Shown here: piece by piece, positions 49,925-59,124 of the stretch
Layout of the letters: each line of letters opens with the position of its first letter
Position numbering within the stretch: position 1 is the first letter of the stretch
Sequence record: MT446410.1
Source of the DNA: Escherichia virus TH38
Reading direction: 5' to 3' (one strand)
Length of the DNA stretch: 64,000 nucleotides
Notes under the pieces: generated by a model
Seen by the model: the letters and a program-made list of their open reading frames with translations, nothing else
The model's database searches: none
Told to the model about the DNA's origin: nothing
Made by a program: the position numbers and the translations under genes

Positions 49925-50119
49925 TTATGCTATGTTATAAATTCGCATGATTGTACCACCATTGGCTTCAATAGCAGCAACCATTTGGTTTCGTTCTTCA
50001 TCCGTGTAAACTAACACACTTCTAAACTCGCCTGTTGCATCAGTATAAAGGATGTTATATTTTGGAGGCGGTTTACGGTAAATACCTTCCATCACTCTTT
50101 CTCCTCTCGTTCTTTCCAC
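49925..50119 (-). CDS. Hypothetical protein (64 aa)
   Basis: ORF. Confidence 0.35.
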   Translation of the reverse strand: MERTRGERVMEGIYRKPPPKYNILYTDATGEFRSVLVYTDEERNQMVAAIEANGGTIMRIYNIA

Positions 50120-50275
50120 AGTTCGGCTAGCTCTAGATAGAACTCAGCCTCATCAGGACGACCTTGTTCATTACAGATGGCGCTCTGACGATAACACCAA
50201 TCCGATGGCATCTCTTCCACTTCAATCTCCTTGTTACGAACCAATCAATAAGAATAGTTCATTCGTCTTATTTAT

Positions 50276-50470
50276 TCACTCTACCAATGCAGGTACTTCT
50301 ATCCTTTTAACTGTGAATGTCTTGTTTGGAAACTTTCGAACTAGCTCTGCTGCTTTGGTTATTGCTAAGTTCTCTGTCTCAAAGATACACAGTTGACCAT
50401 TTAATGCTACGAGAGTGGAGCCACCGCTGAAGACGGCCCAAGATTCATAATAACCACGAACACTCATCAC
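50276..50470 (-). CDS. Hypothetical protein (64 aa)
   Basis: ORF. Confidence 0.35.
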   Translation of the reverse strand: MMSVRGYYESWAVFSGGSTLVALNGQLCIFETENLAITKAAELVRKFPNKTFTVKRIEVPALVE

Positions 50471-50835
50471 TCAACCTCAATACTGTATAGAGTTTTCAGT
50501 GTATCTTTAATCCAAGCCCGTCGTTTTGGATTCTTATGATGTGCCCCGTTTTCCCTATCTCTAAAATATTGATCACATCCGAATGGGTATGTTGGGTCCA
50601 AAAACTTTTCTTGATTAAACATATTCTTCATGTCGTCAATATCTAAATGCTTTGTGAAATAGTAATACCTCTTATAACAGCGAAAGTTGAAGCATAATCC
50701 GTGATCTTCACTAAACCATTTTGGATAAATTCCAGTCTTAGTTATTTCATAATATTGGAGGAGGAAATCCTCCATCCCCCTCTCTTTAGCTAAACATCTC
50801 AATGTTCTGTAGATGATATTGGTTTCTTTCATCAC
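50467..50835 (-). CDS. Hypothetical protein (122 aa)
   Basis: ORF. Confidence 0.4.
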   Translation of the reverse strand: MMKETNIIYRTLRCLAKERGMEDFLLQYYEITKTGIYPKWFSEDHGLCFNFRCYKRYYYFTKHLDIDDMKNMFNQEKFLDPTYPFGCDQYFRDRENGAHHKNPKRRAWIKDTLKTLYSIEVE

Positions 50836-50840
50836 TCACC

Positions 50841-52685
50841 TTAGTGTGTATGCATCCAGTTAAGTCCAATCTGACAATCAGATGCCAGAGGACATTCCAT
50901 GTTCAGATACTCGCCAGCTTTCTTAACACAAAGCTCAGTGTGCTCTTTGAGTTTCTGTACATCATTACGGTTTACTGAGAATTGACCTTCATCGTGCATA
51001 TCAATTACCTTAGCACAACGAACCTTATCTTTCTCAATCCACTTGTTAAGGAACATCATAGCATATTTCATAACAACAGCACCAGCACATTGCAGGAGTG
51101 TGTTAAGGGCTTTATGAACCATAACCTTACCAGTGGCATCCCGTCTCATTGTAATCTTACGACCATCAACTCCAATCAAGTATCCTTGAGCAGCTTTCTC
51201 TGTCATACGATCAATGAGGATTGCAATACATGGGTTCTCTGCTAAGAAACGTGCTCGCATCACTGAACCTTCGTCAGCCCCACCACCTACAATTGAACCA
51301 AGCTTAGCATCGCCAGCACCGTAGTTGAATGCATAGATAAATGTCTTAGCGTTGTCACGAGTAGGAAGACCAGCAAGTTTCTGGTTGTGGGAGTGGATAT
51401 CACCTTCAAGGAGAATATCACGATACATAATAGCAGAAGCTAAACCACGTTCTGCCAGAGCTTTCTTAGCTGGGTTGTTCTCTTCAATTGCTTCAGCAAG
51501 CATATCCCTACACTCTTTAATGAGGTAGTGAGCGAGCATACGAAGTTCCAGTCCAGAACCATCATACCCTAAGAATACTTCTTTACCAGCGGGTATGTAA
51601 TATTTGTAAGCGCCTACAGGTTTGTCTTTCTTCCCCGGCTTACCTTTCTCGTAAATTACGTTAGTACCTTTTCGTATATAACAACCATCAGGAACAACGT
51701 TAGTAATAACGAAAGGACGAGAGTGATCACTGTCTGAGTTATAGTCAGACTCAAACAAACTGCGACACTCGTGACCAAACAGACCACGGGAGGGAATATT
51801 AACCACGATACGATGTTTGAATCGAAAAGTCGGCGTAGCGCAGCTGTTAGCTTCTGCCGAAAGTTTACCATCTTCGCGTTCCTTTGCTATGAGTCCACTG
51901 ATAAGACCTAGCCTGTGAGCCGCCACAACGCGTCTCTTAAGCAAACTTCCGACACTCCCTAGCTCACCCCCTAACCCTTCTTCAAGAGTCTCCTCGAGGT
52001 TTGTAGGAGCTGTAGGCCACTTGTTTGATGTGGCTAGTGCTTTCTTAATCTCATCAAACGTTACAGGATTACGGCGATTAGGGTTTAATCCCAAACCAAA
52101 TACGTAAGCCTTCATATAATTCTTAGTTTTAAACCTGAAATGCTTTTCTAAGAACTTCTTAATATCAGCGTCAACCATCTCGGCTGTCTGCTTCTGCTTA
52201 GCATTGCCTCGCATCCAAGCAGTATACCATGCTTGGTATGTTCCATACTTTCTCATATCTTTCTTAATTTCGAAAGTATTCCAAGGCTTCTTAGATACGT
52301 TAAACTCTGGAGGAAGAAAGCCCTCATCCATAAGAGCTTCTTTAACTCGTGCATCTTTCGATGGGTCAAAGTCTACGTATTCGACACAGGTGAAAGCTCC
52401 ACCAATATCTTCTCTCTTCAGCCCAACCCTATCACAATAGGATTGAGGCCACTTCTGTAAAGCTCCAGACTTCTTAAATGGCTTCATATAAGTAGAGCCA
52501 TCTAATCTCATCTTAGGTAAGAGAGGAATCAGTTCTTTGTCAATATTAACAATAATCTCTTTAAGGAGGTGAACATACCACCGAGCATTTCTTCGGTTGA
52601 AACTCACTCCGTGCTTCGCTTGCTTAGAGATTATATCAGCGACAGTCATCTCTGTCAAAAATGGGAGAGCGTCCGGGTTGCTCAC
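50841..52685 (-). CDS. DNA polymerase, family A polymerase domain only
   Basis: Motif A GYDGSGLELRMLAH, motif B KTFIYAFNYGAG, motif C MHDEGQ; no exonuclease motifs. Confidence 0.7.
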   Translation of the reverse strand: MSNPDALPFLTEMTVADIISKQAKHGVSFNRRNARWYVHLLKEIIVNIDKELIPLLPKMRLDGSTYMKPFKKSGALQKWPQSYCDRVGLKREDIGGAFTCVEYVDFDPSKDARVKEALMDEGFLPPEFNVSKKPWNTFEIKKDMRKYGTYQAWYTAWMRGNAKQKQTAEMVDADIKKFLEKHFRFKTKNYMKAYVFGLGLNPNRRNPVTFDEIKKALATSNKWPTAPTNLEETLEEGLGGELGSVGSLLKRRVVAAHRLGLISGLIAKEREDGKLSAEANSCATPTFRFKHRIVVNIPSRGLFGHECRSLFESDYNSDSDHSRPFVITNVVPDGCYIRKGTNVIYEKGKPGKKDKPVGAYKYYIPAGKEVFLGYDGSGLELRMLAHYLIKECRDMLAEAIEENNPAKKALAERGLASAIMYRDILLEGDIHSHNQKLAGLPTRDNAKTFIYAFNYGAGDAKLGSIVGGGADEGSVMRARFLAENPCIAILIDRMTEKAAQGYLIGVDGRKITMRRDATGKVMVHKALNTLLQCAGAVVMKYAMMFLNKWIEKDKVRCAKVIDMHDEGQFSVNRNDVQKLKEHTELCVKKAGEYLNMECPLASDCQIGLNWMHTH

Positions 52686-52701
52686 TTTATACTCCTTTAA
52701 A

Positions 52702-53124
52702 TTATTGGTAAAGTAAATCTGTAAATGCTTGGTTATCTTCTATCACATCTAACACGGTAGCTTCATAACTGTAAGCCCTAACCGCCCCGTTAACAACTAT
52801 CCGAGGAGTAGGTGGAGGTGGTGCATGATTAGCCCTAGCTTCACGAGGTTGCTCTCGTACTAAATGAGCCACAACCCTTTGGTTAGCGACTTCTTCTCTT
52901 TCTCGGATAGCTCTCTGGATATAAGCCAACTTCATACCCCAAGCTTCTTCAAACTCTTGAGGGTGCTTATCACTGATAACTACATACTGACGTTCAGAGA
53001 TACCAGATCGAATTTCTGATAAAAGTTCATGGAACAAGTCCAGTTCATGTTCAGTGAGATTCATTTCAATATCATCCCACTTTAGAACTAGGAAACGGTT
53101 TTGGTGTCTAGCTGGTAATGGCAT
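52702..53124 (-). CDS. Hypothetical protein (140 aa)
   Basis: ORF. Confidence 0.4.
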   Translation of the reverse strand: MPLPARHQNRFLVLKWDDIEMNLTEHELDLFHELLSEIRSGISERQYVVISDKHPQEFEEAWGMKLAYIQRAIREREEVANQRVVAHLVREQPREARANHAPPPPTPRIVVNGAVRAYSYEATVLDVIEDNQAFTDLLYQ

Positions 53125-53127
53125 AAC

Positions 53128-53412
53128 TCAACCTCTTGGGAATGGCATCAAAAATTCCACAGCAGATTTAATTTCATTATTGATTCTTGAATCACGATAA
53201 GAGATAAACTTACCTTTGCTATCACGTAACATCACATTAGTTCTGGCTGTTTTGTGAGGGAGTAATGTGACACTAGTTGGAATAGTATCAATCCCTACAG
53301 CGTATTTGTCAATAGTCTTACTTTCAGCCAACAGATAAGACCAAGTACGCGGTTTCTGCTCCGGGCGGTTAGGGTATGTGTCCCGAATTTGAACCATAGC
53401 TAACTTATTCAT
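53128..53412 (-). CDS. Small protein, tandem paralog 2 of 2 (TARTNV.LR...GKFISY...PFP.G family)
   Basis: Shared motifs with the 53414-53668 ORF. Confidence 0.5.
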   Translation of the reverse strand: MNKLAMVQIRDTYPNRPEQKPRTWSYLLAESKTIDKYAVGIDTIPTSVTLLPHKTARTNVMLRDSKGKFISYRDSRINNEIKSAVEFLMPFPRG

Positions 53413-53413
53413 A

Positions 53414-53668
53414 TTAAACTCCTTTAGGGAATGGGATGAGATTTTCTACTGCAACACGGAAAGATTTTTCTACGTTCTTATTCTTATAAGAGATAAATTT
53501 TCCATCAGCTCCGCGAAGGAGTACGTTAGTGCGAGCTGTATTTGGGTTTTGTTGAATCATAGAACGAATGATGTTCTCTGAACCTCTATGCTTATTGGTG
53601 AATTTCCAACTGATAGTTTTACCGGTACGAGTTACATCAATAATATTTACAATTTTTACAATAGACAT
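53414..53668 (-). CDS. Small protein, tandem paralog 1 of 2
   Basis: Shared motifs with the 53128-53412 ORF. Confidence 0.5.
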   Translation of the reverse strand: MSIVKIVNIIDVTRTGKTISWKFTNKHRGSENIIRSMIQQNPNTARTNVLLRGADGKFISYKNKNVEKSFRVAVENLIPFPKGV

Positions 53669-53701
53669 ATTTATTACCTAAGAAATTTAATTTGGTTTAT
53701 A

Positions 53702-53732
53702 TAAAAGAAAAGGCCACCCATTTGGGTAGCCT
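53702..53732 (-). terminator. Rho-independent terminator (minus strand)
   Basis: ggctacccaaatgggtggcc plus T-rich tail on the minus strand. Confidence 0.5.
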
Positions 53733-53736
53733 CATA

Positions 53737-54054
53737 TTACGATGAGCTTAAAGCTCCTTTGCGTGCTCCAGCTGCTTTTCCAGCTCGATCACCACTTTTG
53801 CCGCCGTTTGAACGGTTTGAGCTGACTGATTCAACACGTAAGTTGCTTGACGCATTAGAACCTCCAGACTTGACAGCTCGTTTGTGTCCAACGTCTTTAC
53901 CTCTGACAGCAGCTTTTCCATCGCGCTTTTCAACGATGCGACGTGCACGGTGGCGCTGAGCATCTCCGCTCTTGCTCCCAACGCCTGTCTCACCACGGGC
54001 AATTGCGGTACGTCTTTCTTGTGCATAATCTCTCTTTCCTACATGATCTGCCAT
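53737..54054 (-). CDS. Basic Gly/Lys/Arg-rich protein (KGG-repeat-like); an alternative frame, 53748-54026, is also open
   Basis: AAGGAG RBS 7 nt before the ATG at 54054. Confidence 0.4.
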   Translation of the reverse strand: MADHVGKRDYAQERRTAIARGETGVGSKSGDAQRHRARRIVEKRDGKAAVRGKDVGHKRAVKSGGSNASSNLRVESVSSNRSNGGKSGDRAGKAAGARKGALSSS

Positions 54055-54090
54055 TTAAAACTCCTTAATATATCAGTGTACACTAAGGAG

Positions 54091-54099
54091 TATACATTA
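54091..54099 (-). promoter_or_regulatory. TAATGTATA motif (minus strand) between PhoH stop and the next gene
   Basis: About 40 nt upstream of the 54054 start. Confidence 0.4.
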
Positions 54100-54110
54100 T
54101 AAGTTACTGT

Positions 54111-54848
54111 TTAAGCTTTCTTTTCCATTGCTTTAACAATCGCCTTACAGAAACCAGAACGAACAATATCATCTGATTCACCATCTACAATCTCAGCAAA
54201 CTCATACAGATCATGTTCATCAATAAAGTTAGTAGCCCAAGTAAGACCACTCTCACGACCACGCATATCATGCTGGTTAGTATCACCCATGCAGAACAGC
54301 TGAGAGGTTTCTCCCAATCGAGTCATGATCGAGAAGGCTTCATCTTTAGTGGTGTTCTGGAATTCATCAACAATAACAATAGCATCATTGAAAGAACGAC
54401 CACGGAGATATTCCAGAGGTACGAACTCAATGTTACTATTACCGAGCTGGCATTCATAGAACCCCTTACCATATCGCTGAGTAATAACATCAATTATAGG
54501 CATCAGGTAAGGTTCAAACTTCTCACGCATTCCTCCCGGAAGTAACCCAAGAGAATTGCCCATGCCAACTGAAGGGCGACTCAGAATGATCTTCTGAATC
54601 TTACCGCTCTTCAGTGCATCAATAACTGTGGAAGTGATTACAAAGGTCTTACCACAGCCCGCAGGAGCGTCTGTGAACACAACTTGTTTAGTCTTGATAG
54701 CATTGAGTAGCTCAGACTGAAACTGGTTCTGAGGGACTACAGGCTTTGCTAAAACCACCTCTTCATACTCTCGCTTACCCTTACGAGTAACAAGTGCTTC
54801 TCGACGAAGGTCTTTCCGTGATTCTTTCCGTGATTGACGACGACTCAT
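54111..54848 (-). CDS. phoH: PhoH-like ATPase
   Basis: Walker A DAPAGCGKTF; PhoH-like LPGG...PY...P..D pattern. Confidence 0.7.
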   Translation of the reverse strand: MSRRQSRKESRKDLRREALVTRKGKREYEEVVLAKPVVPQNQFQSELLNAIKTKQVVFTDAPAGCGKTFVITSTVIDALKSGKIQKIILSRPSVGMGNSLGLLPGGMREKFEPYLMPIIDVITQRYGKGFYECQLGNSNIEFVPLEYLRGRSFNDAIVIVDEFQNTTKDEAFSIMTRLGETSQLFCMGDTNQHDMRGRESGLTWATNFIDEHDLYEFAEIVDGESDDIVRSGFCKAIVKAMEKKA

Positions 54849-55030
54849 TTACGCTCTCCAATTTCTTCGTAATGACACTCAGTAGTTAAACAGTCTTTAC
54901 AGATTGCTGTATAAACCCTGACGTTAGTAAATCGTTTGTTCTTCCCTTTGGTTGGAGAGCCTTTGGCAAGCTCTCTGATAATCTTGTTACTTAAATGAAG
55001 GTTTGTTCCTTCACATTTAGAGCACTTCAT
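54845..55030 (-). CDS. Small zinc-ribbon protein
   Basis: CxxC...CxxC. Confidence 0.4.
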   Translation of the reverse strand: MKCSKCEGTNLHLSNKIIRELAKGSPTKGKNKRFTNVRVYTAICKDCLTTECHYEEIGERK

Positions 55031-55346
55031 GGTTCATATCTTTATGAATCCTGTAAACAGCTGTCGCCATACAAGCAACAGCCTCATTGTGTGGGAGATG
55101 CATTCCTGTAGAACCATCCCAATCTTTGAACTCATTGTCAAAGACTCCGGTAGGCTCTGGATACAGAGCTTGCAGCTCCACTAGATCATTAGCAACTTGT
55201 TGCCATTTATCATCAGACCAGATAGGGTCATCCAACCAGTAATACAAATAGGAATGGATGATCAATTGCCTTCTATGCCGATTGATTACTTCAGCGGGAC
55301 TTATTTCACTTCCATTTGAAGTCCTAAATGTATTACTGTCAATCAT
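55017..55346 (-). CDS. Small protein resembling the N-terminal Ia region of NAD-dependent DNA ligase
   Basis: HSYLYYWLDDPIWSDDKWQQVANDLVELQALYPE. Confidence 0.3.
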   Translation of the reverse strand: MIDSNTFRTSNGSEISPAEVINRHRRQLIIHSYLYYWLDDPIWSDDKWQQVANDLVELQALYPEPTGVFDNEFKDWDGSTGMHLPHNEAVACMATAVYRIHKDMNHEVL

Positions 55347-55591
55347 TTCACAACCTTAAATTTGAATGTTGTTGGGTGATAATAATGCAATCTATTGATA
55401 GTGTGTTTTGTTTCAAGATATATCCTGCAAGAGTGGCACATGACATGGGTCAGACCAGTTACAGGATTAGGTTTAAAGTTGGCGACAGTCTTCTCTTTAT
55501 TACAGAAGCTACAGACTTTCTTTTCCATCTTTTCTCCAGTGGTCAACGAATTGCTGAAACACTTTACGATCAAATGTGAAATTACGAGCAA
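55343..55591 (-). CDS. Small zinc-ribbon protein
   Basis: CSFCNKEK...CHSC. Confidence 0.4.
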   Translation of the reverse strand: MLVISHLIVKCFSNSLTTGEKMEKKVCSFCNKEKTVANFKPNPVTGLTHVMCHSCRIYLETKHTINRLHYYHPTTFKFKVVK

Positions 55592-55742
55592 TTCCGCATT
55601 CTCTAAAAGTGGCAGGCATATAATCTACATCACCTTCAGATGTATGACCATAGACTTGAATAAGCTTCTTAATCTTATCTTTCTCTCTTCGAGGAAGCAT
55701 TCTAAATGCCTCCTGAATATCTGTAATATGTTTTATCTTCAT
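55509..55742 (-). CDS. Hypothetical protein (77 aa)
   Basis: ORF. Confidence 0.35.
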   Translation of the reverse strand: MKIKHITDIQEAFRMLPRREKDKIKKLIQVYGHTSEGDVDYMPATFRECGIARNFTFDRKVFQQFVDHWRKDGKESL

Positions 55743-55888
55743 AAGGAATTCCTGCTAATCCTCTGAGTTGTGGGAACAGCAATATTCACATACTCCGCAA
55801 CATGGACAAATTTCTACACTTGGGTCATATGCATCATCAACTGTCATCCCACACTTGGTGCAGAACACATCGTCGTCTTCTTCCAACA

Positions 55889-56137
55889 TTAATTCTCCAA
55901 ACAAGAATCATTCATCAGTAGCTCCAAACTATCAAGTGTGTAGTAATAACCAAAGAATGGGGCTGTTGACTTGGAAACCTTTTTATCAAAAAGAGATTGA
56001 GAAAGATTTATTTCTACTCCAGCATCTTCAAGCTGTTGTTTTGTGGGGTATGTAATGAAAGAGCAAAGCACTTCTGTGTACTCCCCTCTGTCTGTCTCTT
56101 CAACACGACTCAGAATCCAAATACTTTTACTAGCCAT
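55889..56137 (-). CDS. Hypothetical protein (82 aa)
   Basis: ORF. Confidence 0.35.
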   Translation of the reverse strand: MASKSIWILSRVEETDRGEYTEVLCSFITYPTKQQLEDAGVEINLSQSLFDKKVSKSTAPFFGYYYTLDSLELLMNDSCLEN

Positions 56138-56138
56138 T

Positions 56139-56795
56139 TTAACTCTCCAAAGTTTTCTTCAGAGCTGCCCACGAGATTGGGTAGAGTTTAGCCATCTCTT
56201 CATCTAGAGATTTAGCAAACACTCGAACTTCATATTGAGCGTGAGAGGAGAGTCGCTGACGGCACAACTCAAACCAGCCATACAAAGAACCAGTCCACAC
56301 CCACTCAGTGATCATCCCCTGAGGAAGAACAAATCGAGCTTGCTCTGGTGCAATAAATTCAATCAACTTGTCATATGCTGCTAGAGAAGCTTCATATGCA
56401 TCATTAATCAACATTAATGCTTCAGCTCGCTCTCCGTCGAGGAGTTGAATCCCTGAACCTGCATGGAGGTCCGAAGGTCTCGCAAAAATCTCTTTAGGGA
56501 TGAAGACTTCAACTGCTCCATCTTTATACCGCCGGGACATTTCGTTCCACGAGAATCCAACCTGATGCTTGCCCAACTGTCTCGCAATTGCGATAGGTGC
56601 TTTGCATCGGAAACTGACTTGCGGGTGTCGGAATGGAGTACAGTGTTTTTCCCGTGCAAGGAAGTTGATAAGTTTTGTGTCTCTCTCATTTAAGTCGCCT
56701 TCTCGAACAACACCGAAAGATACTCTAGCTGCATTGACTACAGATTTGTCACTACCCATTGCTTCAATCAGTGTTGCTTGTAGTTGTTCGTTCAA
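56139..56795 (-). CDS. ThyX-like flavin-dependent thymidylate synthase (divergent motif)
   Basis: HCTPFRH and GKHQVGFSWNEMSRRY resemble the ThyX signatures, with KH in place of RHR. Confidence 0.5.
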   Translation of the reverse strand: MNEQLQATLIEAMGSDKSVVNAARVSFGVVREGDLNERDTKLINFLAREKHCTPFRHPQVSFRCKAPIAIARQLGKHQVGFSWNEMSRRYKDGAVEVFIPKEIFARPSDLHAGSGIQLLDGERAEALMLINDAYEASLAAYDKLIEFIAPEQARFVLPQGMITEWVWTGSLYGWFELCRQRLSSHAQYEVRVFAKSLDEEMAKLYPISWAALKKTLES

Positions 56796-57234
56796 TTAAA
56801 AGTTCCTTTTTTCGATTCATGTAAACTTGATGAGCTTCTTCGGCAGTTCCATACATACCTAGATGTATATCTACTTTATCAATACAAATAACAGCCCTAT
56901 ATCTGATAGTTCCTGATCTGTATTTGACAACCTTAACACCTTGAAGCCCTGTTTCCTTGTTTGATACTCTAGCCCCGAACTGGTTGTGGCAGTTTGTCGA
57001 GGTGTCCACCAATCTCAAGTTCTGTATTGAGTTGTTCTTCTTATTTCTATCGATATGATCTATCTGAGAAGAAGGCCATTCTCCATAATAAAAGAACCAT
57101 GCCACTTTATGAGCTTTGTGTACTTTCCCTTTAAACCGCAGGGTTATGTACTTACTTCGAGTTCCTCCTAATTTCTTACCTTTTCGAAAGAACTCTCCAG
57201 TCTCAGGGATATACTCTAAATCATCGATTACCAT
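56764..57234 (-). CDS. HNH homing endonuclease with AP2-like DNA-binding domain
   Basis: IDHIDRNKKNNSIQNLRL and GVKVVKYRSGTIRYRAVICI. Confidence 0.6.
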   Translation of the reverse strand: MVIDDLEYIPETGEFFRKGKKLGGTRSKYITLRFKGKVHKAHKVAWFFYYGEWPSSQIDHIDRNKKNNSIQNLRLVDTSTNCHNQFGARVSNKETGLQGVKVVKYRSGTIRYRAVICIDKVDIHLGMYGTAEEAHQVYMNRKKELLIERTTTSNTD

Positions 57235-57499
57235 TCAGAGCTGTATCTAAAAATGCTTTCAGGTTTGCTTCAGTCTGCATACCAGAGAGGCTGTAGTGTG
57301 TACCGCTGTTACGGTCAGGCACAACGAAAGCAGGGATACTTCGTACACCATACTTAACAGCTTGTTCACGACCATCACCTTCAAGGATGTTAATCTCTTC
57401 CACTTCTACATCAAACTCCTTAACAACCTTCTCAAAGGTAGGAGCCATTGCTTTACATGGAGCACACTGATCGCTATAAAACTTAATTACTTTAGACAT
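57221..57499 (-). CDS. Thioredoxin
   Basis: CAPC active site, 92 aa. Confidence 0.7.
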   Translation of the reverse strand: MSKVIKFYSDQCAPCKAMAPTFEKVVKEFDVEVEEINILEGDGREQAVKYGVRSIPAFVVPDRNSGTHYSLSGMQTEANLKAFLDTALNGNR

Positions 57500-57517
57500 G
57501 TAAATCCTTATGCAGTC

Positions 57518-57687
57518 AAGAGGTGAAGCAGGAACGGGATAACAACAGCTACGATAACCATGATAGTTGATGCTGTTTGAATCTCACCTTTCTTATCAGG
57601 AGTTTCTTCAATAAGCTTACCAGAAGCCCAATAAATACCACCACCAATAAAGATAGCCCAAATACCCCATACGATTGCTGATAACAT
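57518..57687 (-). CDS. Small two-TM membrane protein (56 aa) missing from the ORF track
   Basis: ATG with AAGGA RBS; MLSAIVWGIWAIFIGGGIYWASGKLIEETPDKKGEIQTASTIMVIVAVVIPFLLHLLTA. Confidence 0.4.
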
Positions 57688-57747
57688 ATATCTATATCCT
57701 TATAAATAAGTTCTCCCCACCTCGGGTTAGGAGACAGGGCGGAGGTT

Positions 57748-58359
57748 TTAGTAAGACACATCACCACTTGAATGGGACATGTTGCTCTTGACGAAGTAGC
57801 AATACTTGCCAAGACCTTCATTAATTTCTTGAAGCATACTCTGATCGACAGGGTAGGTGGCTAAATCACCATCAAACTCATCCATCTTCTCAATAATACA
57901 CATCAAGGTCATGCACATATCAGAGAGCATACCGTCCATGTCTAGATCAGCATTACCCTCTGAGAACCAAGCATGGGAGAGATAATTAGCTGCTGTAGCA
58001 TCCACTTTAACGCAGTGGTAACGCATACGTTCAGCAATACGATCTCCTACCTGTCGTGCGTAATCTTCCAGCTCATCAAACATACCATGAACACCCTGAA
58101 ATCCTGCACCAGAGACGTTCCAGTGGTAGTTTTTAGCTTTGATATGCAATAGTTCCATGTTAGCTTGTAAGCAGCTCAGGATGTGTTCTAGGCTGTTTCC
58201 ACTAATCATACCTTGCATTGTTTCAAGGCGAGAGATTGATAGGTCGGACCGGTCTAACATGCTATAACTATCACGACCAATCTCAGGTAAATCAAAAACA
58301 TTCTTATGCATTTGGGTTTTCTCCATCAAGTTCAACTGAGTTAGCAACGTTACGTGCAA
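57748..58359 (-). CDS. Dps-like ferritin (DNA-binding ferritin-like protein)
   Basis: NYHWNVSGAGFQGVHGMFDEL matches the Dps ferroxidase-site signature. Confidence 0.55.
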   Translation of the reverse strand: MHVTLLTQLNLMEKTQMHKNVFDLPEIGRDSYSMLDRSDLSISRLETMQGMISGNSLEHILSCLQANMELLHIKAKNYHWNVSGAGFQGVHGMFDELEDYARQVGDRIAERMRYHCVKVDATAANYLSHAWFSEGNADLDMDGMLSDMCMTLMCIIEKMDEFDGDLATYPVDQSMLQEINEGLGKYCYFVKSNMSHSSGDVSY

Positions 58360-58633
58360 TATTATCCATTACCTGCTGGGTAATTACGATGCAGTTCTGT
58401 GGGTCTACTGACTTAGAACGCCCCATTTCAGGGTCATACACCTTAACTCGCTTAGCAGTTGAGCCTGTAACCTGAAGAACCTTCAACAGATATCCCTGAT
58501 TACCAATAGACCAAGCAACAACATCACGATTCTTGATAAAGCGACCAAGCATATCACGATGATAAAACTGTTGCATCACCTTGGATTTTGTAATCTCTTC
58601 AGTGGGCGGGGCCACTTTACTCAAATCTAACAT
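58304..58633 (-). CDS. Hypothetical protein (109 aa)
   Basis: ORF. Confidence 0.4.
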   Translation of the reverse strand: MLDLSKVAPPTEEITKSKVMQQFYHRDMLGRFIKNRDVVAWSIGNQGYLLKVLQVTGSTAKRVKVYDPEMGRSKSVDPQNCIVITQQVMDNIARNVANSVELDGENPNA

Positions 58634-58705
58634 AACTCTCTCCTGTAAAATACAAATTCTTATTGTACTCTATATACATTTGAGAGTTATCATATCTACT
58701 ACCAA

Positions 58706-58915
58706 TCAGTAGTAAATTACTTTAGACATAAAAGAACCAGTGTTAGGGTCTTCATACCAGCGATGTATGTCAGCGCTTTTTACTATTGTGCCCAGAGTCT
58801 TCAACTGTTTCTTAGCAATACGAGCCTCTTTGCGAGTGTCAAACAATTTGATGTTATCTTTTCTCATGTGTTGCTCAAGATCCCAAACAACATGAATAGC
58901 CCACATCTTTTTCAT
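58706..58915 (-). CDS. Small basic protein, tandem paralog 3 of 3 (C-terminal ...KVIYY)
   Basis: Shares the TR..AR..KK ... SKV.YY pattern with its two neighbours. Confidence 0.5.
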   Translation of the reverse strand: MKKMWAIHVVWDLEQHMRKDNIKLFDTRKEARIAKKQLKTLGTIVKSADIHRWYEDPNTGSFMSKVIYY

Positions 58916-59124
58916 TAGTAATGTACCTTTCCGCTGATATAAACACGACCAGAAGAATACTCCTTGGCCTTATGAATACTGATGCTCTTAGTTAAGTCTA
59001 CATTGAACATAGACTTTTTAAAATCTCGAGCCTGTTGACGAGTGGGTAGTGCAGTCATAGTCATACCACCTGATGCCCACTTAATCTTTGCTAACCAAAA
59101 TTGTCTCATAGTGATCGGTCTCAT
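58915..59124 (-). CDS. Small basic protein, tandem paralog 2 of 3 (C-terminal ...KVHY)
   Basis: 1-nt start/stop overlaps with neighbours. Confidence 0.5.
   Translation of the reverse strand: MRPITMRQFWLAKIKWASGGMTMTALPTRQQARDFKKSMFNVDLTKSISIHKAKEYSSGRVYISGKVHY

Noticed and set aside
57549-57821. ORF 57549-57821 (90 aa)
   Set aside because: Overlaps the Dps-like gene by 74 nt; a better small gene (57518-57687) with a proper RBS lies in another frame.
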